Program-made: the position numbers and the translations under genes | Source: Alphaproteobacteria bacterium | GTDB lineage: Bacteria; Pseudomonadota; Alphaproteobacteria; MPNO01 | Assembly (NCBI GenBank): GCA_963422565.1 | Contig: OY730228.1 | Coordinates: forward strand, 2,817,802-2,881,801 | Length of the DNA: 64,000 nucleotides | Reading direction: 5' to 3' | The notes under the pieces: model-generated | Databases searched by the model: none | What the model saw: only the letters and a program-made list of their open reading frames with translations | What the model was told of the DNA's origin: nothing | Part shown: piece by piece, positions 1 through 9,612 of the stretch | Layout: every line of letters starts with the position of its first letter | How positions within the stretch are numbered: position 1 is the first letter of the stretch

Positions 1-776
1 CCGCGGTCGCCGATTACGACCTGTCGTCGGTGCGGATGGTCGGTAGCGGAGGCCAGCGCCTGCAGCCCGAGGTGAAGCGCAGGATACGCGAGATCTATCC
101 CGGCGCCTTCGTGCAGGAGAATTTCGGGATGGCCGAAGGAACGCTGATGTTCGTCAAGCGCACCGACAGCGAGGATGCGCAGCTCGAGACCGTGGGGCGG
201 CCGATGTGTCCGGACGACGAGGTGATGCTCCTCGACGAGGACGACAATATCGTGCCGGTCGGCGAGGTCGGCGAGTTTTGCGCGCGCGGCCCCTATACCT
301 TGCGAGGGTATTTCGCGGCGGAAGAGCATAACGCGCGCGCTTTCACCAATGACGGCTTCTACCGGTCGGGCGATCTCTTGCGTCAGCACCCGTCCGGCAA
401 CTACGTGGTCGAGGGGCGGATCAAGGATCTCATCAACCGGGGCGGCGAGAAGATTTCGGCCGAGGAGATCGAGAACCTGATCCTCACGCACCCGGCGGTG
501 CGGAATGCGGCCTGCGTGCCGATGCCGGACCCTCGCCTCGGCGAACGCATGTGCGCCTGTCTGATCCTGCGTTCGGGCCGAAGCATCGGGCTGGACGAGC
601 TGGTGCGGTTTCTGGAGGCCAGGGAGATCGCCCGCTTCAAGCTCCCCGAACGGATCGAGATCGTCGACAGCTTTCCGGTTTCCGCCTTCGGCAAGGTCTC
701 GAAGAAGACTCTCGTCGAGATGGTCTCCGCGAGACTCGCGGAAGAAGCGGAAGAAGCGGCGGGGCGACCACGGTAG
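1..776 (+). CDS. AMP-dependent synthetase/ligase, C-terminal part (gene begins upstream of the window)
   Basis: ORF 30..776 in a frame that is open to the window edge. C-terminal acyl/aryl-CoA ligase motifs are present (GSGGQ, FGMAEG, YRSGDL, GRIKDLINRGGEKI), and the last residues resemble aryl-acid (DhbE/benzoate-type) adenylating enzymes. Confidence 0.8.
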   Translation, partial: AVADYDLSSVRMVGSGGQRLQPEVKRRIREIYPGAFVQENFGMAEGTLMFVKRTDSEDAQLETVGRPMCPDDEVMLLDEDDNIVPVGEVGEFCARGPYTLRGYFAAEEHNARAFTNDGFYRSGDLLRQHPSGNYVVEGRIKDLINRGGEKISAEEIENLILTHPAVRNAACVPMPDPRLGERMCACLILRSGRSIGLDELVRFLEAREIARFKLPERIEIVDSFPVSAFGKVSKKTLVEMVSARLAEEAEEAAGRPR

Positions 777-785
777 CGGCATCCC

Positions 786-1628
786 ATGCGTATCATCGAT
801 CTGCACTGTTATCCCAACACCCAGCCCTGGATCGATTGCCAAGGACCGTATGTCGCGGCGCTGGCCGAGTATTGGAAGCGCGACTGGTCGGCAAAGGAGG
901 AAGACGAGGTCGTCCGGGACTTCGCCGACGCCGGCGTCGAGGCCGTGCTCGTCGCGCTTGATCTGCAGGCGACGGCGGGCACGCCGCCCTGCTCCAACGA
1001 CTACGTGGCCGGCATGTGGAAGCGCCATCCGGAGCGGATCATCCAGGCGTGGGGAGCGGTCGATCCCCTGATGGGAGAGGCCGCCATCGCCGAGGCCGAG
1101 CGCGCGGTCGGGGATCTCGGAATGCTCGGCTTCCATTTCCACCCCATCATGGGTCGCTTCGCGGTCAACGAACGCCGCTTCTACCCGCTATGGGAGGCCA
1201 TCGCCGCGCTGGGGGTGCCGGTGATGATCGATGTCGGCACCACGGGCATGGGCGCCGGTATGCCGGGCGGCCTCGGCGCCAGGATTCGCCACGCCCATCC
1301 ATCGGCGATAGACGACATCGCGGCGGACTTCCCGACGCTCAGGATCGTGGCCGCCCATCCAGGCTGGCCGTGGGTCGAAGAGATGACCGCCGTGGCCCTG
1401 CACAAGGGTAACGTGTTCTGGGAAATGTCCGGCTGGGCGCCCAAATACATTCCGGCGCCGCTGCTCCGCGACATGCGCTCGCGTCTCCGGGACAAGGTGA
1501 TGTTCGGCAGCGATTATCCCTCGATTCCCCATTCGCGGCTGTTCGAGGAATGGGGCCAGGTGGGCTATAGCGACGAATTCCTTGAGAAATTCTTCCACGG
1601 CAACGCAGAGACCATCCTCGGGCTGTAG
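786..1628 (+). CDS. amidohydrolase-2 (ACMSD-type) family protein
   Basis: 280-aa ORF 9 bp downstream of the ligase. It has the metal-dependent TIM-barrel hydrolase/decarboxylase pattern (HCYP near the N-terminus, HFHP, H..W, D..F). Confidence 0.7.
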   Translation: MRIIDLHCYPNTQPWIDCQGPYVAALAEYWKRDWSAKEEDEVVRDFADAGVEAVLVALDLQATAGTPPCSNDYVAGMWKRHPERIIQAWGAVDPLMGEAAIAEAERAVGDLGMLGFHFHPIMGRFAVNERRFYPLWEAIAALGVPVMIDVGTTGMGAGMPGGLGARIRHAHPSAIDDIAADFPTLRIVAAHPGWPWVEEMTAVALHKGNVFWEMSGWAPKYIPAPLLRDMRSRLRDKVMFGSDYPSIPHSRLFEEWGQVGYSDEFLEKFFHGNAETILGL

Positions 1629-1789
1629 ACGCGGCGACCGGGGTCGGACTCCGCGGCCGCGCCCCCGATGACGCGGTCCGGGGCGCGAGGCCGGCACGGG
1701 CCGATGCGGACGAAAGCGCCCGAATCAGACCGGCGAAAGATTGCAGGAACGCATCGCCGGCTCCGGCGGGTTCGCCCGGGCGGGCGCGT

Positions 1790-2749
1790 TCAGCCGACCG
1801 CGGCGGCCTCCCGCTCGGCGAGGAATTTCTCCGCCTCGAGCGCGGCCATGCAGCCGGTGCCGGCCGCGGTCACCGCCTGGCGGTAGATCTTGTCCTGGAC
1901 ATCGCCCGCCGCGAACACCCCCGGCAGGCAGGTCGCCGTGCTGTCGGGCGCCGTCGCGATATAGCCCTCCGCGTCCATGTCGAGCTGGCCGCGGAACAGC
2001 CTGGTCGCGGGGTCGTGGCCGATCGCCACGAACAGGCCCGCGACGGACAGCTCCGATGCGGCGCCGGTGGCGACGTTGCGCAGCCTGAGACCGGTCACCT
2101 CGGGCGGCTCCTCGATGCCCAGGATATCCTCGACCACCGTGTCCCAGACGATCTCGATCCCGTCGTTCCGGAACACGCGCTCCTGAAGGATCTTCTCGGC
2201 GCGAAGCCGGTCGCGCCGGTGGATCAGCGTGACCTTGCGCGCGTGGTTGGTCAGATACAGCGCCTCCTCCGCCGCGGTGTTGCCGCCGCCCACCACGGCG
2301 ATCTCCTTGCCCCGGAAGAAGAACCCGTCGCAGGTCGCGCAGGCGGAAACGCCGAACCCCCGGAACACCCGCTCGCTGTCGAGGCCGAGCCAGCGCGCCT
2401 GCGCGCCGGTCGCGACGATGATGGCCTCGGCGGTGTAGACATCGCCCCCGTCGCCCCTGCAGCGGAAGGGGCGCCGCGACAGATCCACCTCGGCGATCAG
2501 GTCGTTGATCAGCCGGGCGCCCACGTTCGCGGCCTGGGCCGCCATCTGCTCCATGAGCCAGGGGCCCTGGATCGCCTCGGCGAAACCGGGATAGTTCTCG
2601 ACATCGGTGGTGATGCTGAGCTGGCCGCCGACCGCGATCCCGGTGACCAGGATCGGCTGGAGCGCGGCGCGCGCGGCGTAGACCGCGGCGGTGTAGCCCG
2701 CCGGCCCCGACCCGATGATCAGGACTTTCGCGTAACGGCTCTCGGACAT
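1790..2749 (-). CDS. trxB: thioredoxin-disulfide reductase
   Basis: 319 aa with an N-terminal FAD site IIGSGPAGYTAA, a CATC redox motif and an NADPH site GGGNTAAEEA. Confidence 0.92.
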   Translation of the reverse strand: MSESRYAKVLIIGSGPAGYTAAVYAARAALQPILVTGIAVGGQLSITTDVENYPGFAEAIQGPWLMEQMAAQAANVGARLINDLIAEVDLSRRPFRCRGDGGDVYTAEAIIVATGAQARWLGLDSERVFRGFGVSACATCDGFFFRGKEIAVVGGGNTAAEEALYLTNHARKVTLIHRRDRLRAEKILQERVFRNDGIEIVWDTVVEDILGIEEPPEVTGLRLRNVATGAASELSVAGLFVAIGHDPATRLFRGQLDMDAEGYIATAPDSTATCLPGVFAAGDVQDKIYRQAVTAAGTGCMAALEAEKFLAEREAAAVG

Positions 2750-2779
2750 GCTCCCCCTCGGGCGTCGCGGCCCCGACGA

Positions 2780-2885
2780 TCGGCGCCGAGACTAGGGTAA
2801 ATCCCGCCGGGGCGGAACCGGCCGGCACCGTCGCAGGTTATTGAAATATAGTTGCAGTTTGTGGTAATTATATTTCTCGCATGGC
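2780..2885. promoter_or_regulatory. AT-rich divergent promoter/operator region between trxB and lrp
   Basis: ttattgaaatatagttgcagtttgtggtaattatatttc is strikingly AT-rich against the ~70% GC background. Lrp/AsnC regulators typically autoregulate through AT-rich sites of this kind. Confidence 0.4.
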
Positions 2886-2913
2886 CGGCGGCGGCTCTGG
2901 AAGGGAGAATGCG

Positions 2914-3402
2914 ATGGCGCGGGCGGGGCTCGACCGGATCGATCTGCGCATTCTCCGAGATCTGCAGGACTACGGGCGGATGACGAATGTCGCGCTCGCC
3001 CGCCGCGCCGGCATCTCGCCGCCGCCCTGCCTGCGCCGGGTTCGCGCCCTGGAACGGAGCGGCTGCATCCGCGGCTACCACGCCGACATCGACCCCGCCG
3101 CGCTCGGCTTCGGGGTCACGGTGTTTGCCCAGGTCGGCCTGCACAGCCAGGCGGAGGCGGACCTCAACGCCTTCGAGGCCCTGGTCGAGTCCTGGCCGGA
3201 GGTCCGCGAATGCCACATGCTCGCCGGCGAGACGGATTTCCTGCTGAAGATCGTCGCCCCCGACTGGGACGCCTATCAGCGTTTTCTGACGACGCGGCTG
3301 ACCGCGGCGCCGAATGTGAGCGTGGTCAAATCGGCGCTCGCGGTCCGAAACTCCAAGAACCGCCCGGGGGTGCCGATCGAGGTCGACGGCGGCGTTTCCT
3401 GA
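2914..3402 (+). CDS. Lrp/AsnC family transcriptional regulator
   Basis: Starts at ATG 2914 behind a GGGAG Shine-Dalgarno (SD) sequence. It carries the N-terminal HTH LDRIDLRILRDLQDYGRMTNVALARRAGISPPPCLRRVRALE and a C-terminal RAM domain. Confidence 0.85.
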   Translation: MARAGLDRIDLRILRDLQDYGRMTNVALARRAGISPPPCLRRVRALERSGCIRGYHADIDPAALGFGVTVFAQVGLHSQAEADLNAFEALVESWPEVRECHMLAGETDFLLKIVAPDWDAYQRFLTTRLTAAPNVSVVKSALAVRNSKNRPGVPIEVDGGVS

Positions 3403-3411
3403 CCCCGCCAT

Positions 3412-3888
3412 TCAGCCGAAGCGCACCTGGAATATCTCGTAGACGCGCGTCCCCTTGGGCGTCGTGACCTCGACGAAGTCGCCGACGCTGCGGCCGATGA
3501 CCGCGCGTGCCAGCGGCGAGGTCACTGACAGCCTGCCGGCGGCGACGTCTGACTCGTGCTCGCCGACGATCTGGAATGTCCGCTCCTCCTCGGTGGCCTC
3601 GTCGGAGATGGTCACCGTCGCGCCGAACTTCGCTGTGCTGCCGGACAGCTTTCCGACGTCGATGACCTCGGCGCGGCGGATGATGTCCTCGATGTCGGCG
3701 ACGCGGCCCTCGACGAAGGCCTGGCGCTCGCGCGCGGCGTGATACTCGGCATTCTCCGACAGGTCGCCATGCTCGCGCGCGGCGGCGATCGACCGGATGA
3801 TCTCCGGCCGGGCGACGGTCTTGAGGCGGCGCAGCTCGGAGTCGAGGCTGGCATAGCCTTCCGCGGTCATCGGCACCTTATCGATCAC
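3412..3888 (-). CDS. greA: transcription elongation factor GreA
   Basis: 158 aa with the GreA N-terminal coiled-coil motif ([18 protein letters not shown]) and the FKBP-like C-terminal domain. Confidence 0.92.
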   Translation of the reverse strand: MIDKVPMTAEGYASLDSELRRLKTVARPEIIRSIAAAREHGDLSENAEYHAARERQAFVEGRVADIEDIIRRAEVIDVGKLSGSTAKFGATVTISDEATEEERTFQIVGEHESDVAAGRLSVTSPLARAVIGRSVGDFVEVTTPKGTRVYEIFQVRFG

Positions 3889-4106
3889 TAGCCCGGATCC
3901 ATCGCTCGTTTGCGTTCATCGCGAAGCAACGATATGTACCCGCTCGGTCCGGCGACTTCAAGCGGCGGCGCGACCCAGGGCTCGGAGGGACGCCGGGAAC
4001 ACGGGGAAATATATTTATATATCAATGTATTGATCAGATGTTGCGGGTTGATGACGCGGCGGAGCCGGGCTATCCTTGGCGATCCGCACAAGCTTCGGGA
4101 GGCAGT

Positions 4107-4568
4107 ATGCTGCGCGCGCGGCTCAACGATCGGCTCAGATCGGCGATGAAGGGGAAGGACGGCCGGACCCTGTCCACGGTCCGTCTCATCCTGACCGCGG
4201 TCAGGGACCGCGACATCGCCGCACGCGGCAAGGGCAATGTGGACGGCATCAGCGACGAGGACATCCACGGCGTGCTGCGGACCATGGTCCGCCAACGCGA
4301 GGAGGCGATCCAGCTCTACCGACAGGGCGGCCGCGAGGAGCTGGCCCACCAGGAGGCGGAAGAGATCGCGGTGATCCTCGGTTTCCTGCCCCGCCAGCTC
4401 GACGACGGCGAGCTGGCCCAAGCCGTCCGATCCGTGGTCGGCGAGATCGGCGCATCCACGCTCAAGGATATGGGCCCGACGATGGCCGAACTGAAGAAGC
4501 GCTACGCCGGGCGGATGGATTTCGCCAGGGCGTCGGCCATGGTGCGGGGGGCGCTGGCCGGCGGTTGA
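4107..4568 (+). CDS. GatB/YqeY domain protein
   Basis: ATG at 4107 behind a GGGAGG SD. The YqeY-like sequence LRARLNDRLRSAMKGKDGRTLSTVRLILTAV...ELKKRY is present. Confidence 0.75.
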   Translation: MLRARLNDRLRSAMKGKDGRTLSTVRLILTAVRDRDIAARGKGNVDGISDEDIHGVLRTMVRQREEAIQLYRQGGREELAHQEAEEIAVILGFLPRQLDDGELAQAVRSVVGEIGASTLKDMGPTMAELKKRYAGRMDFARASAMVRGALAGG

Positions 4569-4588
4569 TTCCGCAGACGGACGCGCGG

Positions 4589-6391
4589 ATGGCGTTCCCG
4601 GCGGACTTCCTGGACCGGCTTCGCGCGCAGTGCGGGCTGACCGATATCGTCGCGCGCCATGTCCCGCTCCGGCGCGGCGGCCGCGAGCCTGTCGGGCTCT
4701 GCCCGTTTCACGACGAGAAGACCCCCTCCTTCACAGTTAGCGAGGACAAGGGGTTCTTCCATTGCTTCGGCTGCGGCGCGCATGGCGACGCGATCGGCTT
4801 CGTGATGCGCATCGAGGGCCTGTCCTTCCCCGAGGCGGTCGAGCGCCTGGCGCGGGAGGCCGGTCTCGAACCGCCCCGGTCGAGCTCGGCCGAGCGGGAG
4901 GCGGCGCGGCGCGAGGCCGACCTGCACGCGGTGATGGAGGCGTGCTGCCGGTATTTCGAGCGGGAGCTGGCCGGGCCCCGCGGCGGCGCGGCGCGCGCCT
5001 ATCTCGCCGAACGGGGCATCGACGCCGGGACCGCGGCGCGCTTCCGGCTCGGTTTCGCCCCCAACGCCCGGACCGCGCTGCGCGGCGCGGTCATGTCGCC
5101 GGCGGTCACGGAGACGACGCTGGTCGAGGCGGGGATGCTGATCCGGCCCGACGAGGGTGCACCCTACGACCGGTTTCGCGGGCGGGTGATATTCCCGATC
5201 GGCGACCGGCGTGGCCGCGTGGTCGCCTTCGGTGGGCGGACGCTGGGCGCGGGCGGCCCCAAATATCTCAACTCCCCGGATACGCCGCTGTTCAACAAGG
5301 GCCGCGTGCTCTACGGCATGGCCGCGGCGCGCCGGGCGGCGCGCGAGACCGGCCGCATCCTGGTCGCCGAGGGGTATACCGACGTCATCGCGCTCGCCGG
5401 TGCGGGGATCGCCGAAGCCGTCGCGCCGCTCGGCACGGCGCTGACCGAGAGCCACCTCGCCACCCTCTGGCGGATGGCGGACGAGCCGATCCTCTGCTTC
5501 GACGGCGACGAGGCCGGACGCCGCGCCGCCTGGCGGGCGGCGGAACGCGCGCTGCCGCTGCTGCGGCCGGGCAAGTCGCTGCAGTTCGTCCGCCTGCCGA
5601 CGGGCGAGGACCCGGACAGCCTGATCGCCGAAGGCGGGCGCGCGGCGTTCGAGAGGTTGCTGACCGGGACGGAGAGCCTGATCGGGATCGTCTGGGAAAT
5701 GTGCACGGCCGGGATGCGGTTCGACACGCCCGAGCGCGTCGCCGGGCTCGAACAGTCCCTGAACCGGCTGACCGACCGGATCGATGACCGCAACATCCGC
5801 TTCATGTATCGCGGCGCGCTGCGGAACAGGGTCCGGGAGACCCACGGCGTCCCCGCCCGCCGCCGGCCGGCGGCTCTGTCGCCCGGAACGGCGCCGGAAC
5901 GGCTGCGCGAGCACGGGCCGCGCGCGGTCGTGGCCACCTTGCTCGGCCATCCCGGCCTCGCCGACGAGTTTTCGAAGCCCCTCGCCGGGCTTACCCTCCC
6001 CGATCGGAGGCTTGACAAGCTTTTCAAGGAAATCCTAATCCTCGCGGCCGGCAACCCGGAGCTTGACGCCTCGGCGCTGAGGCACCAATTGACCGGCGTG
6101 GACGCGCGGGAGGCGGACACGCTTCTTCGCGGAGGGACCTATGCGCAATGGCCGTTTGCGCGGCCGGACTCGCCCAGGGACGCTGCGCGGGCGCGTCTCG
6201 GGCAGATATTGAGGAGGATCTCGGGATCGGCGTTGAACGCGGACATCGCCGCGGCGGAGCGCGCGCTCGCCGACGACCCGAGCGAAGAGAACACGGACCA
6301 GCTTCTGAGGCTGATGGCGATCAGACAGGACGGCGAGGCGGCTGAGGCGGCCGCGATCGACGCCGTGGACGAAGACGGCGGGTACGCATAG
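4589..6391 (+). CDS. dnaG: DNA primase
   Basis: Carries the zinc-ribbon CPFHDEKTPSFTV..FHCFGCGAHGD, a TOPRIM domain (EGYTDVIAL) and a C-terminal DnaB-interaction region. The in-frame N-terminal extension back to 4076 is rejected as spurious. It sits directly upstream of rpoD. Confidence 0.9.
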   Translation: MAFPADFLDRLRAQCGLTDIVARHVPLRRGGREPVGLCPFHDEKTPSFTVSEDKGFFHCFGCGAHGDAIGFVMRIEGLSFPEAVERLAREAGLEPPRSSSAEREAARREADLHAVMEACCRYFERELAGPRGGAARAYLAERGIDAGTAARFRLGFAPNARTALRGAVMSPAVTETTLVEAGMLIRPDEGAPYDRFRGRVIFPIGDRRGRVVAFGGRTLGAGGPKYLNSPDTPLFNKGRVLYGMAAARRAARETGRILVAEGYTDVIALAGAGIAEAVAPLGTALTESHLATLWRMADEPILCFDGDEAGRRAAWRAAERALPLLRPGKSLQFVRLPTGEDPDSLIAEGGRAAFERLLTGTESLIGIVWEMCTAGMRFDTPERVAGLEQSLNRLTDRIDDRNIRFMYRGALRNRVRETHGVPARRRPAALSPGTAPERLREHGPRAVVATLLGHPGLADEFSKPLAGLTLPDRRLDKLFKEILILAAGNPELDASALRHQLTGVDAREADTLLRGGTYAQWPFARPDSPRDAARARLGQILRRISGSALNADIAAAERALADDPSEENTDQLLRLMAIRQDGEAAEAAAIDAVDEDGGYA

Positions 6392-6430
6392 CCGGAGCGC
6401 GACGGCCGCAGGCAGGATCGGGGAGAGGAC

Positions 6431-8356
6431 ATGGCGACCAAGACCACCAGCGTCGAAGATGCGGCGGCGGCCACCGAGGACGCAGCCGATGCGCCGCTCA
6501 TCGACGCGCTCGGCGCCTCGATCAAGAAGCTGATCGCCCGCGGCAAGGAGCGCGGCTACGTCACCTATGACGATCTGAACGCCGCGATGCCCCCGGACCA
6601 GGTGTCTTCCGAGCAGATCGAGGACACGATGACCACGCTGTCGGAGCTCGGCGTCAACGTCGTCGAGGACGAGGAGAGCGAGGACGGCGGAGACAACAAC
6701 CGGCCCGCGGCCGGCCCGGTCCTTCCCAGCGCGGACGACACCGAGGAGCTCGGGCGGACGGACGACCCGGTGCGCATGTATCTGCGCGAGATGGGCGGGG
6801 TGGAGCTGCTGTCCCGCGAGGGCGAGATCGCCATCGCCAAACGGATCGAGGCCGGGCACGACCGGATGATCGCCGCCATCGGCCAGAGCCCGCTGACGCT
6901 GCGCGCCATGTTCGCCTGGCGGGACTCCCTCGCCGAGGGCGGGGTGCTTCTGCGCGACGTCATCGATCTCGACGCCAGCTACGGCCGGGCATCCGCCGGC
7001 AATGCCGCGTCCGAGGACGGCGCCGACCGGGGGCGGAACGCCGGCGAGACCGACCAGGGCGGCGCCAACGGCGAGGGCGAGTATGCAAACGTGTCGCTCT
7101 CGGCCATGGAGGCGAGTCTCCGCCCGAAGATCCTCGAGACGCTCGACGAGATCTCGCTCGCCCGGACCAGGGCGCAGCGCCTGCGCGACAGGCGCGCGCA
7201 GGCGGAGAAGGGCGAGACGACGTTCAGCAAGTCCTCCGAGCGGCGGCTCGCCAAATACGAGGCCCGGCAGACGGAGCTCGTGCGCTCCGTGCAGCTCCAC
7301 CCCGCCCGGGTCGACGAACTGGTTCAGGAACTCTACGGGCACAACCGGGCTCTGGTTGCCCTCGAGGGCCGGCTGATGCGACTCGCCGAGCGCGCGAAGA
7401 TTGGCCGCGAGGCCTTTCTCGAAAACTATCTGGGCAGGGAAACCGACCCGCGCTGGCTCAACAGGGTCTCGCGTCTCTCGGCGTCGGGCTGGAAGCAGTT
7501 CGTCGCCCGGCACAAGGACGAGGTGCGCCGGATTCGCAAGGACATCCGGCGGATTTCCGACGAGATCGGGATGTCGATCTCGCAGTTCCGAAGGATCGTT
7601 CACGAGGTTCAGCGCGGCGAGCGCGAGGCGAGCCGGGCCAAGAAGGAGATGGTCGAGGCGAACCTGCGGCTGGTGATCTCGATCGCCAAGAAATACACCA
7701 ATCGCGGGCTGCAGTTCCTCGACCTCATCCAGGAGGGGAATATCGGGCTGATGAAGGCGGTCGACAAGTTCGAGTACCGCCGCGGCTACAAATTCTCGAC
7801 CTACGCCACCTGGTGGATCCGCCAGGCCATCACCCGCTCGATCGCCGATCAGGCGCGCACGATCCGTATCCCGGTCCACATGATCGAGACCATCAACAAG
7901 CTCGTCCGTACCTCGCGGCAGATTCTCCACGAGATCGGCCGCGAGCCCACGCCCGAGGAGCTAGCCGAGCGCCTGGTGATGCCGCTGGAGAAGGTTCGAA
8001 AGGTGCTCAAGATCGCCAAGGAGCCAGTCAGCCTCGAATCCCCGGTAGGCGACGAGGAAGACAGCCATCTCGGCGATTTCATCGAGGACAAGAATGCCGT
8101 CCAGCCGGTGGACGCGGCGATCCAGGGCAATCTGCGCGAGACCACGACCCGGATCCTGGCCGGGCTGACCGCCCGCGAGGAGCGGGTGCTGCGGATGCGG
8201 TTCGGGATCGGCATGAACACCGACCACACGCTGGAAGAGGTCGGCCAGCAGTTCTCGGTCACCCGCGAACGCATCCGTCAGATCGAGGCCAAGGCGCTGC
8301 GCAAGCTCAAGCAGCGCGGCCGGTCGCGGATATTGCGGAGCTTTCTCGACAGCTGA
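6431..8356 (+). CDS. rpoD: RNA polymerase sigma-70 factor RpoD
   Basis: 641 aa. Regions 1.2 through 4.2 are recognisable, including [19 protein letters not shown], the [12 protein letters not shown] rpoD box and the region 4 [29 protein letters not shown]. Confidence 0.95.
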   Translation: MATKTTSVEDAAAATEDAADAPLIDALGASIKKLIARGKERGYVTYDDLNAAMPPDQVSSEQIEDTMTTLSELGVNVVEDEESEDGGDNNRPAAGPVLPSADDTEELGRTDDPVRMYLREMGGVELLSREGEIAIAKRIEAGHDRMIAAIGQSPLTLRAMFAWRDSLAEGGVLLRDVIDLDASYGRASAGNAASEDGADRGRNAGETDQGGANGEGEYANVSLSAMEASLRPKILETLDEISLARTRAQRLRDRRAQAEKGETTFSKSSERRLAKYEARQTELVRSVQLHPARVDELVQELYGHNRALVALEGRLMRLAERAKIGREAFLENYLGRETDPRWLNRVSRLSASGWKQFVARHKDEVRRIRKDIRRISDEIGMSISQFRRIVHEVQRGEREASRAKKEMVEANLRLVISIAKKYTNRGLQFLDLIQEGNIGLMKAVDKFEYRRGYKFSTYATWWIRQAITRSIADQARTIRIPVHMIETINKLVRTSRQILHEIGREPTPEELAERLVMPLEKVRKVLKIAKEPVSLESPVGDEEDSHLGDFIEDKNAVQPVDAAIQGNLRETTTRILAGLTAREERVLRMRFGIGMNTDHTLEEVGQQFSVTRERIRQIEAKALRKLKQRGRSRILRSFLDS

Positions 8357-8523
8357 GCGGCGCGCCCGGATTTCGCGCGGGCGCCGGATTGCAGGGGCGC
8401 CGCGCGCTGCTAAGATGGCGATCGGCGAAGCCCCGGTTCGGCGCCGCCTGATCGGGACCCTGCGTTCCGGGGCGTCGCGCGGGCGTCGGGCCGCCGACTC
8501 ACAGAATAGGGAGGTTGAGCGAT

Positions 8524-9537
8524 ATGCGGATTTCAACAGGGCGGCTGGCCGTCGGCGCCGCCGCGGCGGTGACCGCCGCGGCGATCGCGGCCCCGGCTTT
8601 CGCCGTTACCGAGCTCAAGGTCTCCACCGCGCTCGATCGCAAGCACGATCAGTCCGAGGCCTTCTTCGAGACCTTCATGGCGAAGATGGCCGAAGACGAA
8701 AGCAAGGTTAGGCTCAAATATATCGGCGGCCCCGAGGTCACGCCGAACCGAAAGCAGGGCGCGGCGATGAGGCGCGGCCTCATCGACATCATCATGTCGC
8801 CGACGACCTACTACTCCACGAGTCAGCCGGAGGCGCAGCTCACCGGCATCTCCAACGTTCCGCCGCAGGAATGGCGGAGGAACGGCGGCTACGATCTCAT
8901 GGCGAAGGCGTGGGCCGAGCGGATGAACGCCGTCATCCTCGGCTGGGGCAATTTCTACACGACCGAGCAGTTCGCCATCTGGCTGATCGACGAACCCAAG
9001 CTCAGCAAGAAGACCGGCATCGACCTTGTCGGCAAGAAGATGCGGAGCACCTCGCTCTACAAGGCGTTCTTCAAGGCGCTGGGCGCGGTTCCCAAGACCA
9101 TCTCGCCGAGCGAAGTCTATACCGCGCTCGAGCGCGGCGTGGTCTCGGGCCTCGCCTGGCCCGAGGGCGGCGTCGCCTTCCGGGGTTGGCAGCGCTTCAT
9201 CAAGTACCGGATCTACCCCGGCTTCTTCCGATCGACGACCATGGCGACCATGAACAAGGACAAGTTCGAGAGCCTGTCGGAGGCGGCCCAGGCCCAGATA
9301 CTCGCCGCCGGCCTGCACTACGAGAACGCCTCGGGCGCCATCCTCGAGGAGAAGGCCCGGATCGACAACGAGAAGATCAGAAATGACGGCGTGAAGGACT
9401 ACCACCTCGAGGGCGAATATGCCGAGGCCTATATCAAGACGATCCTCGGTGCCGCCTGGGACGACGCCGCGAAGCGGAAATACACCGTTCCCTTCGAGGT
9501 GCTGAAGTCCAAAATGTACAAGGAGCCCACGAGCTAG
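8524..9537 (+). CDS. dctP: TRAP transporter substrate-binding protein (DctP family)
   Basis: Signal peptide followed by a DctP-like fold. ATG 8524 lies behind a GGGAGG SD; the ORF track starts at TTG 8515. Confidence 0.85.
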   Translation: MRISTGRLAVGAAAAVTAAAIAAPAFAVTELKVSTALDRKHDQSEAFFETFMAKMAEDESKVRLKYIGGPEVTPNRKQGAAMRRGLIDIIMSPTTYYSTSQPEAQLTGISNVPPQEWRRNGGYDLMAKAWAERMNAVILGWGNFYTTEQFAIWLIDEPKLSKKTGIDLVGKKMRSTSLYKAFFKALGAVPKTISPSEVYTALERGVVSGLAWPEGGVAFRGWQRFIKYRIYPGFFRSTTMATMNKDKFESLSEAAQAQILAAGLHYENASGAILEEKARIDNEKIRNDGVKDYHLEGEYAEAYIKTILGAAWDDAAKRKYTVPFEVLKSKMYKEPTS

Positions 9538-9563
9538 CGGCGCCGACAGAGCCCGGACCGGAA

Positions 9564-9591
9564 GGCGCCGCCTTCGGGCGGCGCCTTTTTT
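9564..9591 (+). terminator. Rho-independent terminator downstream of dctP
   Basis: ggcgccgcc-ttcg-ggcggcgcc is a perfect 9-bp GC stem followed by tttttt. Confidence 0.7.
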
Positions 9592-9612
9592 CGCGGCGGA
9601 GCTGCCCGCCCC

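Noticed and set aside
4076-4588. 171-codon N-terminal extension of the dnaG ORF
   Set aside because: Primase homology begins at MAFPADFLDRL (4589). The upstream part overlaps yqeY in another frame and is Arg/Gly-rich nonsense.
6035-7930. 631-aa ORF antisense to rpoD
   Set aside because: It lies entirely inside the highly conserved rpoD on the opposite strand and is Arg/Gly/Pro-rich, low-complexity sequence. It is a typical high-GC antisense artefact.
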